Of a stretch of 32,000 nucleotides of DNA, positions 1 to 7,562 are shown piece by piece. A program made the translations under genes and the position numbers. The stretch covers positions 300,001-332,000 of the forward strand of contig NZ_LN885086.1 of NCBI RefSeq assembly GCF_001458695.1, written 5' to 3'. Positions within the stretch are counted from its first letter, which is position 1. Each line of letters opens with the position of its first letter. Below the pieces are notes generated by a model. The model was not told the DNA's origin. It saw only the letters and a program-made list of their open reading frames with translations, and did no database searches. This DNA comes from Candidatus Nitrospira inopinata (GTDB taxonomy: Bacteria > Nitrospirota > Nitrospiria > Nitrospirales > Nitrospiraceae).

Positions 1-402
1 ATGTTGTTCCTGACGAAGACCACGCTTTCCACGACCTCCATGATGGGCGTCATCATGATGCTCGGCATCGTGGTCTCCAACGGCGTGTTGTTGGTCGATT
101 ACACGAACGTGCTACGGCGAAGGGGTCGACCGTTGCGGGAGGCGGTGACCGCGGCCGCTCGGACGCGTCTGAGGCCGATCCTCATGACGTCGCTCGCGAC
201 CGTGTTCGGTCTGCTCCCCATGGCGATCGGCCTCGGAACCGGAGGAGAAACGAACGCGCCGCTGGCCCGGGCGGTCGTGGGGGGACTGAGCGTCTCCACG
301 CTCCTGACGCTGTTTCTCATTCCGACGATGTACGTGATCTTGGAAGAACGATTCCCCAGAAAAGCGGAGGACGACCAGGCGTTCTCCTCGGCGTCCGTTT
401 AA
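1..402 (+). CDS. RND (AcrB/HAE1-type) efflux transporter permease, C-terminal fragment; the 5' end lies outside the window
   Basis: The ORF is open from the window edge. Its tail, ...RPILMTSLATVFGLLPMAIGLGTGGETNAPLARAVVGGLSVSTLLTLFLIPTMYV, is the conserved last transmembrane region of RND pumps. Confidence 0.9.
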   Translation: MLFLTKTTLSTTSMMGVIMMLGIVVSNGVLLVDYTNVLRRRGRPLREAVTAAARTRLRPILMTSLATVFGLLPMAIGLGTGGETNAPLARAVVGGLSVSTLLTLFLIPTMYVILEERFPRKAEDDQAFSSASV

Positions 403-429
403 CACCGTCGGAGCGGCGAGCCGGGCGGT

Positions 430-756
430 CTATCGCCCGATCCCCGGAAACAACGACTTCAACTGCATGGCCAGCCCGATGTCCCCGTCGATCTGAAGCC
501 TCCCCGACATGGCGATGGCCATCCCGCTGAGCTGCCCCTTGAGCAGTTTGACGCAATCGTCCGCGTCCATCGACAGCGTGACGTGCGGAGCCGGATGGCT
601 TCCCTCTTTCACCTCGCAGGTTCCATTGCGCACGAGCAACTGATAGCGCCCCCCCTGCGCCCCCGTCAGGTCGAACTGATAGACGGCTTCGAGTTCCTCC
701 GCCGCCTCTTTGTCGAGCTTCGAGGGAAGCGAGTCGATGATTTCTTTGGCCGTCAT
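430..756 (-). CDS. SCP2 sterol-binding domain protein
   Basis: Translation MTAKEIIDSLPSKL...AVYQFDLTGAQGGRYQLLVRNGTCEVKEG...TLSMDADDCVKLLKGQLSGMAIAMSGRLQIDGDIGLAMQLKSLF matches the SCP2 pattern. I chose the internal ATG at 756 because GGAGGA lies a few nt upstream; the ORF track's longer start at 834 has no such site. Confidence 0.75.
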   Translation of the reverse strand: MTAKEIIDSLPSKLDKEAAEELEAVYQFDLTGAQGGRYQLLVRNGTCEVKEGSHPAPHVTLSMDADDCVKLLKGQLSGMAIAMSGRLQIDGDIGLAMQLKSLFPGIGR

Positions 757-873
757 GGTGGTCCTCCGGTGTTTGGCGCGAGCGAAACAGGCGAGACGAC
801 GCGCGGGATGCGACATCGCGTCCCTCTCGCGCACTTGAGCGCGGCGCCCGATCTCGGCACCGCACAGTGCCGC

Positions 874-1350
874 TCAGTACCGCAGCGTCGCCGTCGCCGA
901 ACTGCGACGGGCGCCGAAGAATTGTTTGGAGAAGGACTCGACGACCGTGGGATCGTATCCTTTGCAACTGAAAATGTCGAGATAGGCGTTGTTGGTATCG
1001 TTGGCGAAATGGCCGCTGATCAACGACGTGGAGATGAGCTGGACCATGGAGTAACCGGCGACGCGCCCCTCGCCGAAATCAACGACCTGGCAGTCGCCGT
1101 ATCGCTTCATGCCGATAAGATCGCACAATTCCACGACGTAGCGTTTGATGTGCTCGGCGTCACGGATCAAGTCGGGTTGACAATCCTGAAGATCGACAGC
1201 GGTGCAAAGCCCCCAAGCTTTGCCTTCTCCCACCATGTCTTGGATGGAAACGGACACGGCGCCTGAAACGCCGGGGGAAACATCGGACGAGGCATCGGGC
1301 GAGACATCGGATGACGCGATCGCAAACTCGGAACCTGACGGAATGCGCAT
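874..1350 (-). CDS. S-adenosylmethionine decarboxylase-fold (small SpeH/SpeD-like, pyruvoyl-type) protein with a Ser/Asp-rich N-terminal extension
   Basis: The core GLCTAVDLQDC...IKRYVVELCDLIGMKRYGDCQVVDFGEGRVAGYSMVQLISTSLISGHF...YLDIFSCKGYDP resembles small prokaryotic AdoMetDC proenzymes. The start is uncertain: 1350, or the internal Met at 1236. Confidence 0.65.
   Translation of the reverse strand: MRIPSGSEFAIASSDVSPDASSDVSPGVSGAVSVSIQDMVGEGKAWGLCTAVDLQDCQPDLIRDAEHIKRYVVELCDLIGMKRYGDCQVVDFGEGRVAGYSMVQLISTSLISGHFANDTNNAYLDIFSCKGYDPTVVESFSKQFFGARRSSATATLRY
1267..1314 (-). repeat. In-frame 24-nt tandem duplication (2 copies) encoding SSDVSPDA / SSDVSPGV
   Basis: Minus-strand units are TCATCCGATGTCTCGCCCGATGCC and TCGTCCGATGTTTCCCCCGGCGTT. 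Three of the differences are synonymous. Confidence 0.85.
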
Positions 1351-1487
1351 AACCTGTATACCTTTCTCAAAAAGTCCATGCCGCCTGACTCATGCGTTCA
1401 CTTACTGCGTGCAACTATACCATGAATCGGCAAACGCCCGGGGCCGAAGGAAAAATTATTTTGCTTTTCCTCCTCCGTGTGGCGCAG

Positions 1488-1517
1488 TTGACAAGATTCG
1501 CAGCCCTTGGAGACAAT
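1488..1517 (+). promoter_or_regulatory. Candidate sigma70-type promoter (TTGACA-N18-GACAAT) ending 6 nt before the ATG at 1524; possible leaderless transcript
   Basis: TTGACA lies at 1488-1493 and GACAAT at 1512-1517. No Shine-Dalgarno sequence precedes the ATG at 1524. Confidence 0.3.
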
Positions 1518-1523
1518 GCGGCC

Positions 1524-1703
1524 ATGGAAACGCCGGAAACGCCCGCCGAGACCGATCTTCCCGACCGACGATGCACCTGGTGCGGAGTGCCGATGAAAAA
1601 ACGTCTGGTCGGCGGCAAGCGGTTCGTTCACTATACCTGCCCGAAGTGCATCTTTCAGCATACGATCAAACTGTCTCCCAAACTCGTGACGCCCGAACGC
1701 TGA
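1524..1703 (+). CDS. Small zinc-ribbon protein (CxxC...CxxC), hypothetical
   Basis: Translation METPETPAETDLPDRRCTWCGVPMKKRLVGGKRFVHYTCPKCIFQH... carries two CxxC knuckles. I preferred the ATG at 1524 over the upstream start at 1392, whose N-terminal stretch looks non-coding. Confidence 0.45.
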   Translation: METPETPAETDLPDRRCTWCGVPMKKRLVGGKRFVHYTCPKCIFQHTIKLSPKLVTPER

Positions 1704-1782
1704 GAGCGCCGCGCTACCAGAAAGAACCGATCGTCGCGGCCCGTCTTTTACCCATCTCCGCCCGGCATGCAAGAGAGCCGGT

Positions 1783-2145
1783 CTAGAGCTTCCCGGACGT
1801 CAATCGGCGAATTTCTTCCATCCGGCGGCGATTCACGCCGAAATCGCCGTACCCCGTGCGCGAGGCGGACCGAAAATGAACGGTCTTGGCGTCGTCGTCG
1901 AAGAGAAACTCCACGTCGTCGACGAACCGAAAGATCAGGCTGGTAAACTCGTAGCGCAGATAGGCCTCGTCTTCCTCCACGAGACGGGCGCGAGGCAAGG
2001 GGCGGATGATTTCTTTCAGCGCTTCTTTTGCCTCGCCCCTGGGTTTTTGATACCGAAACGGGGCGATCGCATGGCGATCGTCCCGAGCCTGCGTGGACAC
2101 GCAGTTGGGGCTGGAGGGACAGGGAGCAAGCCGGCGCGTCGTCAT
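1783..2145 (-). CDS. DUF1499 family protein
   Basis: CPSSPNCVSTQ...IAPF... and ...EFTSLIFRFVDDVEFLFDDDAKTVHFRSASRTGYGDFGVNRRRME match my recollection of DUF1499. Confidence 0.65.
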   Translation of the reverse strand: MTTRRLAPCPSSPNCVSTQARDDRHAIAPFRYQKPRGEAKEALKEIIRPLPRARLVEEDEAYLRYEFTSLIFRFVDDVEFLFDDDAKTVHFRSASRTGYGDFGVNRRRMEEIRRLTSGKL

Positions 2146-2271
2146 GAAGCAGGATCATAGGCGCTTCTTCAAATCTCCCGCAACTCCATAATATTGCCTC
2201 GGCGCTTGATCGCGGGAGTCGAATCCGAGACGCTCTTGGCCCCAGAGGTCGGCGTGACGCCACGTGTTTGA

Positions 2272-3375
2272 TCAATAAAGGATGGTCCGGATGGTGGGCT
2301 GCTCATCGGCCGGTGCGACCACTGTCACCGGAACACGGCCGATGATTCGGCCGTCTTCCGTCTCCACGTCCACGCGCCAGTCTCCGGGATCGAGCCGCCG
2401 CTTGAACGTGTAGGCTCGATAGCCGCCTTCGCGACCTCCCAAGACCATGATCGGGATCTTATCGGCATGAATGAACGGCTTGTCGGAACGCGCCCGGTAG
2501 AACCAATGGTGATAGATCGTAGTTTTGAGATCCACCGGCGCGAACACGGCGGTGAAGCAATAGACCGGCTCGCCGGCCGGAAAGGTGGAGTCGGATCGTT
2601 TCCAGAATTCATACCATCGCCCCTCGAACGCAAGTTCGAAACGGCCATCGACTTTCTTCACGTCATGATAGATGCCCCCGAACTTCAGCGAGAGTGGCAC
2701 GGGGGGAATCCAATTGAGGAAATAAAATCCGACCAGCAACCCGATCACGGCGCAAGGCGGCGCCACAACACCGACGGCTTCTCGCCCGGATCGATCAGAA
2801 TTGTCGCGATAAATCAATTGCACGACGCGGAATGTGACGGCGGCGCTCAGCGCGGCGCCGAGAAGGAAGACGCCCGTATTCATGGAGCCCGTCACGACGG
2901 GCAGGAAGAACGTAAAAAACGCGAAGCAGACCACGGCGTACAAGGTCACGAGCAGGCGAAGGTTCGAGAGCCGATCCCGCAGAAATTCGTTTCCGACGAG
3001 GAGCGCGACCAGCAGGGCGAAAAAGACGGCGGTGCTCGTCAGCGTCGCGCTGCGCGAGTAGAAGATCGCATAGGCGCTGAAGAGCCCGCCCAACAGAAAC
3101 TGGCTCGCCATCGGATAGTACGGCCGGCTCTTCAGAAGCCACCGCTCCGGCAGCGAGAGTGTCGCCAACGACGCCGGAGCCGGCCCGACGCCCAGCCGAC
3201 CGATCAGCACGATCAGCGCCCCCAGCAGCACGAGGTAGAGAAGCAGCACGAGGTTATCTTGCAGCCGATCGATCCGCGTGAGCGTCAGAGAATCATACAT
3301 CACCCCGGACAGAAAACACACCGCCGGCATGACCGGCTTGGAGAGAAGGGGTCGCGTCTTCGCCGGCGGATTCAT
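2272..3375 (-). CDS. Polytopic membrane protein with a soluble C-terminal domain (possibly DUF2914)
   Basis: At least six hydrophobic helices are followed by a beta-rich tail, ...IYHHWFYRARSDKPFIHADKIPIMVLGGREGGYRAYTFKRRLDPGDWRVDVETEDGRIIG. Third codon positions are strongly G/C on this strand. The family name is recalled, not verified. Confidence 0.6.
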   Translation of the reverse strand: MNPPAKTRPLLSKPVMPAVCFLSGVMYDSLTLTRIDRLQDNLVLLLYLVLLGALIVLIGRLGVGPAPASLATLSLPERWLLKSRPYYPMASQFLLGGLFSAYAIFYSRSATLTSTAVFFALLVALLVGNEFLRDRLSNLRLLVTLYAVVCFAFFTFFLPVVTGSMNTGVFLLGAALSAAVTFRVVQLIYRDNSDRSGREAVGVVAPPCAVIGLLVGFYFLNWIPPVPLSLKFGGIYHDVKKVDGRFELAFEGRWYEFWKRSDSTFPAGEPVYCFTAVFAPVDLKTTIYHHWFYRARSDKPFIHADKIPIMVLGGREGGYRAYTFKRRLDPGDWRVDVETEDGRIIGRVPVTVVAPADEQPTIRTILY

Positions 3376-3497
3376 GCGCCCACTGTGCGAGATCGGGAAG
3401 GATAACTCAATGAAAATGAGGGTTCGAACCGTGCCTCCTCAACGGCACCGGCGCAAAACGGCACAACGCGCGGCTGACGGCTCGTTTCAACGGTTTG

Positions 3498-4559
3498 TCA
3501 CACGAACGCGGGAAGCGGCGCATAGGCCATCGGATGGCCGATCAACCGTTCGAGCCATTCGGCCATGGCGTCTTCCTTGAGCGGAGCGCGGTTCAAGCGC
3601 GCTTCGATCTGAAACCTGCCGTCGGCGCCGACGACCCCGATGATCGCCGACGCCTCGCCGCCGTCCGGGACGACGTCCTGAGTCTGAAATTCGCAGAGCG
3701 TGGCGTACAGGCGACCGTCCGGTTCGATCGCGCGCAACACGTCGGGCAGTTCGTCCAGCGGGCAATGGACCGAGCACCGATACGCGAGCCGGACGTCGCC
3801 TTCGATGGTCTGGAACTCCGTGAGCCCCGCCTCCGAAAAACCGGTGAGGTAGGCCCGCACGTCGGCAGGCTCCGGAGCGAACGTCTCCGCCAGCTTGCTC
3901 GCCGACACCAGGAACTCATAGGCGTCGGCGGAGTTGTATTCGAACTGACAAGGGCCGAACGCATCGGGCCAGGAACAAAAAAACGGAACGGACGCATCGT
4001 GCGGTCGCAGAACGACTCTCTCGCGGTCGATCGCCGTGTCCACGGGCAGTTCCAGCGCCGTGATGGCCTCCAAAAACGCCACGCGGCGCTCATCCAACCA
4101 TCGAGCCCGCTCGGCGTCGCCCCGCGTTTCCCCCGGCGTGATGACCTCGTGCGTATGCAGCCGAATCCGAACGAAGGAATGGGCATGGCGGAACCCCAAC
4201 CACAACATGCCGCGTTGCGCGTGCAGGCGCAACGGCTCGCGCACCCGCCACGGATGGCTGATGGAACAATAGGTGCCGATGTCCTGGTTCGTGCGATAGA
4301 CGGTATGGTAGGCGCCGGCCAACAGGAAGAAGTCGCCGCGCCACCGTTCGCGGACGTGCACCAGCGTCACGTCCTCGGTAGCCCACGCGTCGAGCTGATC
4401 AAAGTCGTCAGGCGAACGAACCGTCCACTCTTCCACGTAGCAGATGACGTCTTGGGCGGGCGACGCCGGCTTGAGGCCGAGCGCCGACAGCCGCTCCCCG
4501 ACCTCGATCACCTGGCCGAAGGTCAGGGGCACCGTCGTTTCCCATCGCCGCTCACGCAC
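3498..4559 (-). CDS. Hypothetical protein (353 aa), no recognisable domain
   Basis: Third codon positions are G/C-rich and the amino-acid composition is balanced (W/Y/F/D/E), unlike the Arg/Ala/Gly-rich ORF on the opposite strand. GTG start with AAGGA 7 nt upstream. Confidence 0.65.
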   Translation of the reverse strand: MRERRWETTVPLTFGQVIEVGERLSALGLKPASPAQDVICYVEEWTVRSPDDFDQLDAWATEDVTLVHVRERWRGDFFLLAGAYHTVYRTNQDIGTYCSISHPWRVREPLRLHAQRGMLWLGFRHAHSFVRIRLHTHEVITPGETRGDAERARWLDERRVAFLEAITALELPVDTAIDRERVVLRPHDASVPFFCSWPDAFGPCQFEYNSADAYEFLVSASKLAETFAPEPADVRAYLTGFSEAGLTEFQTIEGDVRLAYRCSVHCPLDELPDVLRAIEPDGRLYATLCEFQTQDVVPDGGEASAIIGVVGADGRFQIEARLNRAPLKEDAMAEWLERLIGHPMAYAPLPAFV

Positions 4560-4653
4560 AATGCCGTCCTTGGGCGAAGTACAAAAAACTGCTCAAAGGA
4601 TCACAAGCCGGCGTTCACTTCGGCGCGCTCGGCCTTCCCCCCTGCCGACCACG

Positions 4654-5301
4654 TTATCGAACGGACCGCAGCCCGTTCTCAGCGATCGTGGTGTCGGCGA
4701 TAAACCGATCAAGGCCGTCGTTGATCGTGTCGGCCAGCAATTCGCGAACATCCTCGTCCTCGAACCAGAACACCGTCCTGGTTCGCGCGCCTTCGATCAT
4801 GCGGGTCGTCGAGCCGTTGTCCGCCCGATTCTTCGCCTGAATGACGAGCCGTTGCTTGGTCTCGATCACGGTCGAGAACAGCCGGCTCTTGGCGTTTGCC
4901 GAAAGTTCTTCGACCTCACCCGTAATGAGAATGTCGGCGTCGGCGGACGAGCCGGCTTGCTCCAAGCGGACATTCCACGGCCGGCCGCCCCATCCTCGCG
5001 TCTGGAGCCGATGCGCCAACCGCTGAGCGATCAGTTCGGCGGGCCGTCCGCCGGTTACATCGAAATGGGTCACGCCGCCCCAGAGGTGGCTGCGGTTTCC
5101 GATGCGGGTCTTATTCGTCCGTCGGTCTTCAAACGGCTCGATCACGATCTTCACCGGCTCCACGCCGGTAGGGGGAGCGGCCGATTGCTTCGGTTGAAGA
5201 TCGAACTGCCGGACCTCTCCTTTCCCGGCGCAACCGGCGACGAAGGACACGAGCAACGCCACGCTCCAGACCAACGGCATGCACACGAATCGTCGTTCCA
5301 C
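4654..5301 (-). CDS. Putative lipoprotein
   Basis: AAGGAGG lies 5 nt upstream of the GTG at 5301. Signal peptide plus lipobox: MPLVWSVALLVSFVAGC. Confidence 0.7.
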   Translation of the reverse strand: MERRFVCMPLVWSVALLVSFVAGCAGKGEVRQFDLQPKQSAAPPTGVEPVKIVIEPFEDRRTNKTRIGNRSHLWGGVTHFDVTGGRPAELIAQRLAHRLQTRGWGGRPWNVRLEQAGSSADADILITGEVEELSANAKSRLFSTVIETKQRLVIQAKNRADNGSTTRMIEGARTRTVFWFEDEDVRELLADTINDGLDRFIADTTIAENGLRSVR

Positions 5302-5391
5302 GGAATCCTCCTTATGACAGACAACGGTGAGCGAATCGCGATGCAGTCTACCGAACTTGCCACGCGGAGACAATTGTTCCTCGCCGCAGGC

Positions 5392-6072
5392 TTACGGCGC
5401 GACAAGAGGGAGCATGGCCCGAAACGTCTCACAACCCAATCGCGGCAAGTCTCCCGCCTGAATCCGAGGGTCGGTCAGCGGCAGACATCGAACGATCTTA
5501 AAAAAGGGCCGTTCGGCCAGCACGGCGGCGAGTTGCGCCTTTCGATCATGAGTGATCGGAAGGGTATAGCCTTCGCCACGTTTCCATTCCCACAAGGTGG
5601 GAGCCAAAGACAGTTCCAGTCCCTGTCCGGCCAACTGATGAAACCGATTGACAAAGTGTTTCTTGTATTGCCTGACCTCGTCGCCTTCCAGGAGCCACGC
5701 CCACGCGACGTGATGCCCCCACCAGAACAAGGTGCGGAACGTAAACGCATCGCCCCCGCGGAAATGTTTGGGAAAGTCCAGATACTGATAGGGGAAATCC
5801 TCAAGATGTTCCCCTTTCACGAGCTGATACGCCTGCGGATTGAAACCGACTGGACCCGCCAACGGCACTTCGGCCAGCGCCGTTTTCAGGAAATGATGCG
5901 CGGTTTCCAATTGCACCCGCACCTTCGCGGTAATCGCGGCCTTCTTCCGAAAAAACCGCGCGTCGGCGACCAGCGCGGTCTCCTCATCGGTCAAAGTGAC
6001 GGAGGTCGGCGTCTTCACGAAGCGCTCATCCGGACGATAAAGTTCACGGCCGCGATCGATCGGCCGGCACAC
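5392..6072 (-). CDS. Hypothetical protein (about 226 aa)
   Basis: Coding-like composition, e.g. ...FPYQYLDFPKHFRGGDAFTFRTLFWWGHHVAWAWLLEG... I placed the start at the GTG at 6072, 1 nt after the upstream gene's TAG. The ORF track's start at 6114 would overlap that gene by 41 nt. Confidence 0.55.
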   Translation of the reverse strand: MCRPIDRGRELYRPDERFVKTPTSVTLTDEETALVADARFFRKKAAITAKVRVQLETAHHFLKTALAEVPLAGPVGFNPQAYQLVKGEHLEDFPYQYLDFPKHFRGGDAFTFRTLFWWGHHVAWAWLLEGDEVRQYKKHFVNRFHQLAGQGLELSLAPTLWEWKRGEGYTLPITHDRKAQLAAVLAERPFFKIVRCLPLTDPRIQAGDLPRLGCETFRAMLPLVAP

Positions 6073-6073
6073 G

Positions 6074-6439
6074 CTATTTCTGATGCGTCTCGAAGATCGA
6101 CACCCGCAACACATAGTGGCGTCGGCACTCCGCGCACCGAAGCACCACTGAATCTTGGAACACGTCCATCTCGCGGAGCGTCATCGACGCCCGATGAACG
6201 GTCGCGCACGTGTTCAACAGCAGATCGCCCGGCACAGTCGTCGGAGCGTGATCGCCGGCGGTCCGCGCGGCCGACTCCCGGGCTTCCACCGACTCGACCG
6301 TCACATGATGGGCCGACCGACAAGAGCTGCACGACAAAACGACCGTCCGGCCCTCCTCCATTCGCGCGACGGTCACGCAGAGAGGATGGACCGACCAACA
6401 TTGTTGAAGAAACGCGCCGCTGCGGATGATATGCGCCAT
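6074..6439 (-). CDS. Small Cys-rich protein with an internally duplicated CxxC knuckle (zinc-ribbon-like)
   Basis: VVLSCSSCRSAHHVTVESVE and VVLRCAECRRHYVLRVSIFE form an internal repeat. The start at MAHIIRSG (6439) is tentative because no Shine-Dalgarno sequence is visible. Confidence 0.5.
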   Translation of the reverse strand: MAHIIRSGAFLQQCWSVHPLCVTVARMEEGRTVVLSCSSCRSAHHVTVESVEARESAARTAGDHAPTTVPGDLLLNTCATVHRASMTLREMDVFQDSVVLRCAECRRHYVLRVSIFETHQK

Positions 6440-6599
6440 GATTTGCTCGTCAGAAAAGTGCCGCCGGGCCCGAGGGGACGGGGCGGCACCGCGGCGCGCA
6501 GGACCAAGCAAGCCAAGCCACCGTCACAGCCGGAACCACGGGAGACTTCCCCCGACCTGTCCGCCTTTGGTCTTCAAGAAGCCGCAGGGAAATAGGCCG

Positions 6600-6935
6600 T
6601 CACCACTTCCAGGACGCCAGCATCACGGCCCAACCGGTCACGTACGGGATGACGCAGGAGTAGAACACGGCCGCCTTCGCCCGCCCGGAGGAAACGTTCA
6701 TCGAACGCTGTTCCTTATAGACGAACTCGTACGACAGGATCAGCACCGTGGCCGTCAGGATCAGGACGCGACTCGTCTGCGGCCATGAATAGTGCCCGCT
6801 CACCACGAAGTTCGCCGTCAAGAATCCGCTGACCCACAGGACCGACGGAGCCAACACCCATCGGATGGCCTCGGGAAACAGCCGCTGTCTGATTGAATGC
6901 GTCCGGAGAGAATCGAATCGCGAGCCGGAACTCAT
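6600..6935 (-). CDS. Small 3-TM membrane protein (111 aa), hypothetical
   Basis: Its ATG overlaps the upstream stop codon (ATGA at 6932-6935). Hydrophobic segments: WVLAPSVLWVSGFLTANFVV, VLILTATVLILSYEFV, AAVFYSCVIPYVTGWAVMLA. Confidence 0.6.
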   Translation of the reverse strand: MSSGSRFDSLRTHSIRQRLFPEAIRWVLAPSVLWVSGFLTANFVVSGHYSWPQTSRVLILTATVLILSYEFVYKEQRSMNVSSGRAKAAVFYSCVIPYVTGWAVMLASWKW

Positions 6936-7225
6936 GACCCGACGGCGGCAGGAATATCGGAACCCTTGGCCGAGGACGGAACCGCGGCGCCCTCTTGCGC
7001 AGTCCGGCAGGCCTTGCACACTCGGGGTCGCGCTTTCAAAAAGGAAACCTTCCCGCTCGCCAAACAACTGTAATGGACGAACTCGTCGCACACCGTGCAG
7101 CGGGACCAGCCGCCTCGAAACAACGTGGTGTCGCGATACAGACCCTGCTTGCAAACTTTGCAATGGCGCGGTTCGACCGGGAGCAACATCGGCTCCCATT
7201 CGCCGCCAGCTTTTCGGATACTCAT
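6932..7225 (-). CDS. Small cross-brace zinc-finger protein with PHD-type C4HC3 spacing
   Basis: CKVC-x17-CTVC-x4-H-x2-C-x15-CKAC, read directly from the translation. The protein is 97 aa. Confidence 0.6.
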   Translation of the reverse strand: MSIRKAGGEWEPMLLPVEPRHCKVCKQGLYRDTTLFRGGWSRCTVCDEFVHYSCLASGKVSFLKARPRVCKACRTAQEGAAVPSSAKGSDIPAAVGS

Positions 7226-7397
7226 GGAAGGGGAGTATAACGAGACAATCGGCGGAAAAACAAGCGAGCGTCTTGACGGAAATCTGAGGAGACCACCCTG
7301 TATGGCTCGGGCATGCCGGCAGGCGAAGACGAGACAATACGCCCGAGACCGATCCCTTTCGGCGAGCTCTCTCGATCAGTTCTTCGTACACGGACGC

Positions 7398-7562
7398 TCA
7401 GTGCCCGACGGCCATCACACGAATGACCCGCGCGCTCTGATCGACGGCATAGACAATGCGAAAGCGGCCAACGCGACACGTGCGCAGCCCCTCAAGCTCG
7501 CGCGTAAGTGGCTCTCCGCCTGCGGGGCTCGTGGCGATCATTCGAACGGCCGCCTTGATGGG
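7398..7562 (-). pseudogene. RelE/ParE-family toxin remnant, N-terminally interrupted by an in-frame TGA
   Basis: Translation PIKAAVRMIATSPAGGEPLTRELEGLRTCRVGRFRIVYAVDQSARVIRVMAVGH* carries the RelE/ParE C-terminal signature (L.GEL.G....RVG.YRI.Y.VD....V.V..VGH). An in-frame TGA lies immediately upstream (LQR*PIK) and there is no usable start codon. A 42-aa ORF at 7589-7717 may be the antitoxin remnant. Confidence 0.55.

Noticed and set aside
757-873. Imperfect inverted repeat GGGACGCGA..TCGCATCCC between the AdoMetDC-fold and SCP2 genes, considered as a terminator
   Set aside because: The stem contains a mismatch, the loop is only about 2 nt, and no U-tract follows.
3495-4703. 402-aa plus-strand ORF
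   Set aside because: It is the antisense shadow of the minus-strand 3498-4559 gene. The product is Arg/Ala/Gly/Pro-rich with low-complexity character, whereas the minus frame has G/C-rich third positions and normal composition.
4444-6429. 661-aa plus-strand ORF, the longest unannotated ORF in the track
   Set aside because: It spans three well-formed minus-strand genes (a lipoprotein with SD and lipobox, the 226-aa protein and the CxxC protein). The translation is Arg/Pro/Gly/Ser-rich with no domain pattern, which is typical of a GC-rich antisense frame.
7240-7338. Exact 10-nt direct repeat ACGAGACAAT (7240-7249 and 7329-7338), with the 8-mer GAGACAAT recurring at 1510-1517
   Set aside because: The repeat is short enough to occur by chance in 32 kb. 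Its orientation is inconsistent with the local minus-strand genes, and I can show no associated structure or conservation.
6600-7391. 263-aa minus-strand ORF treated as a single gene
   Set aside because: It is better explained as a 111-aa membrane protein (6600-6935) plus read-through of non-coding or other-frame sequence. The PHD-like gene (6932-7225) occupies a different frame with an ATGA junction. The first codons of the long ORF (VYEELIER) are the out-of-gene tail of the RelE remnant.
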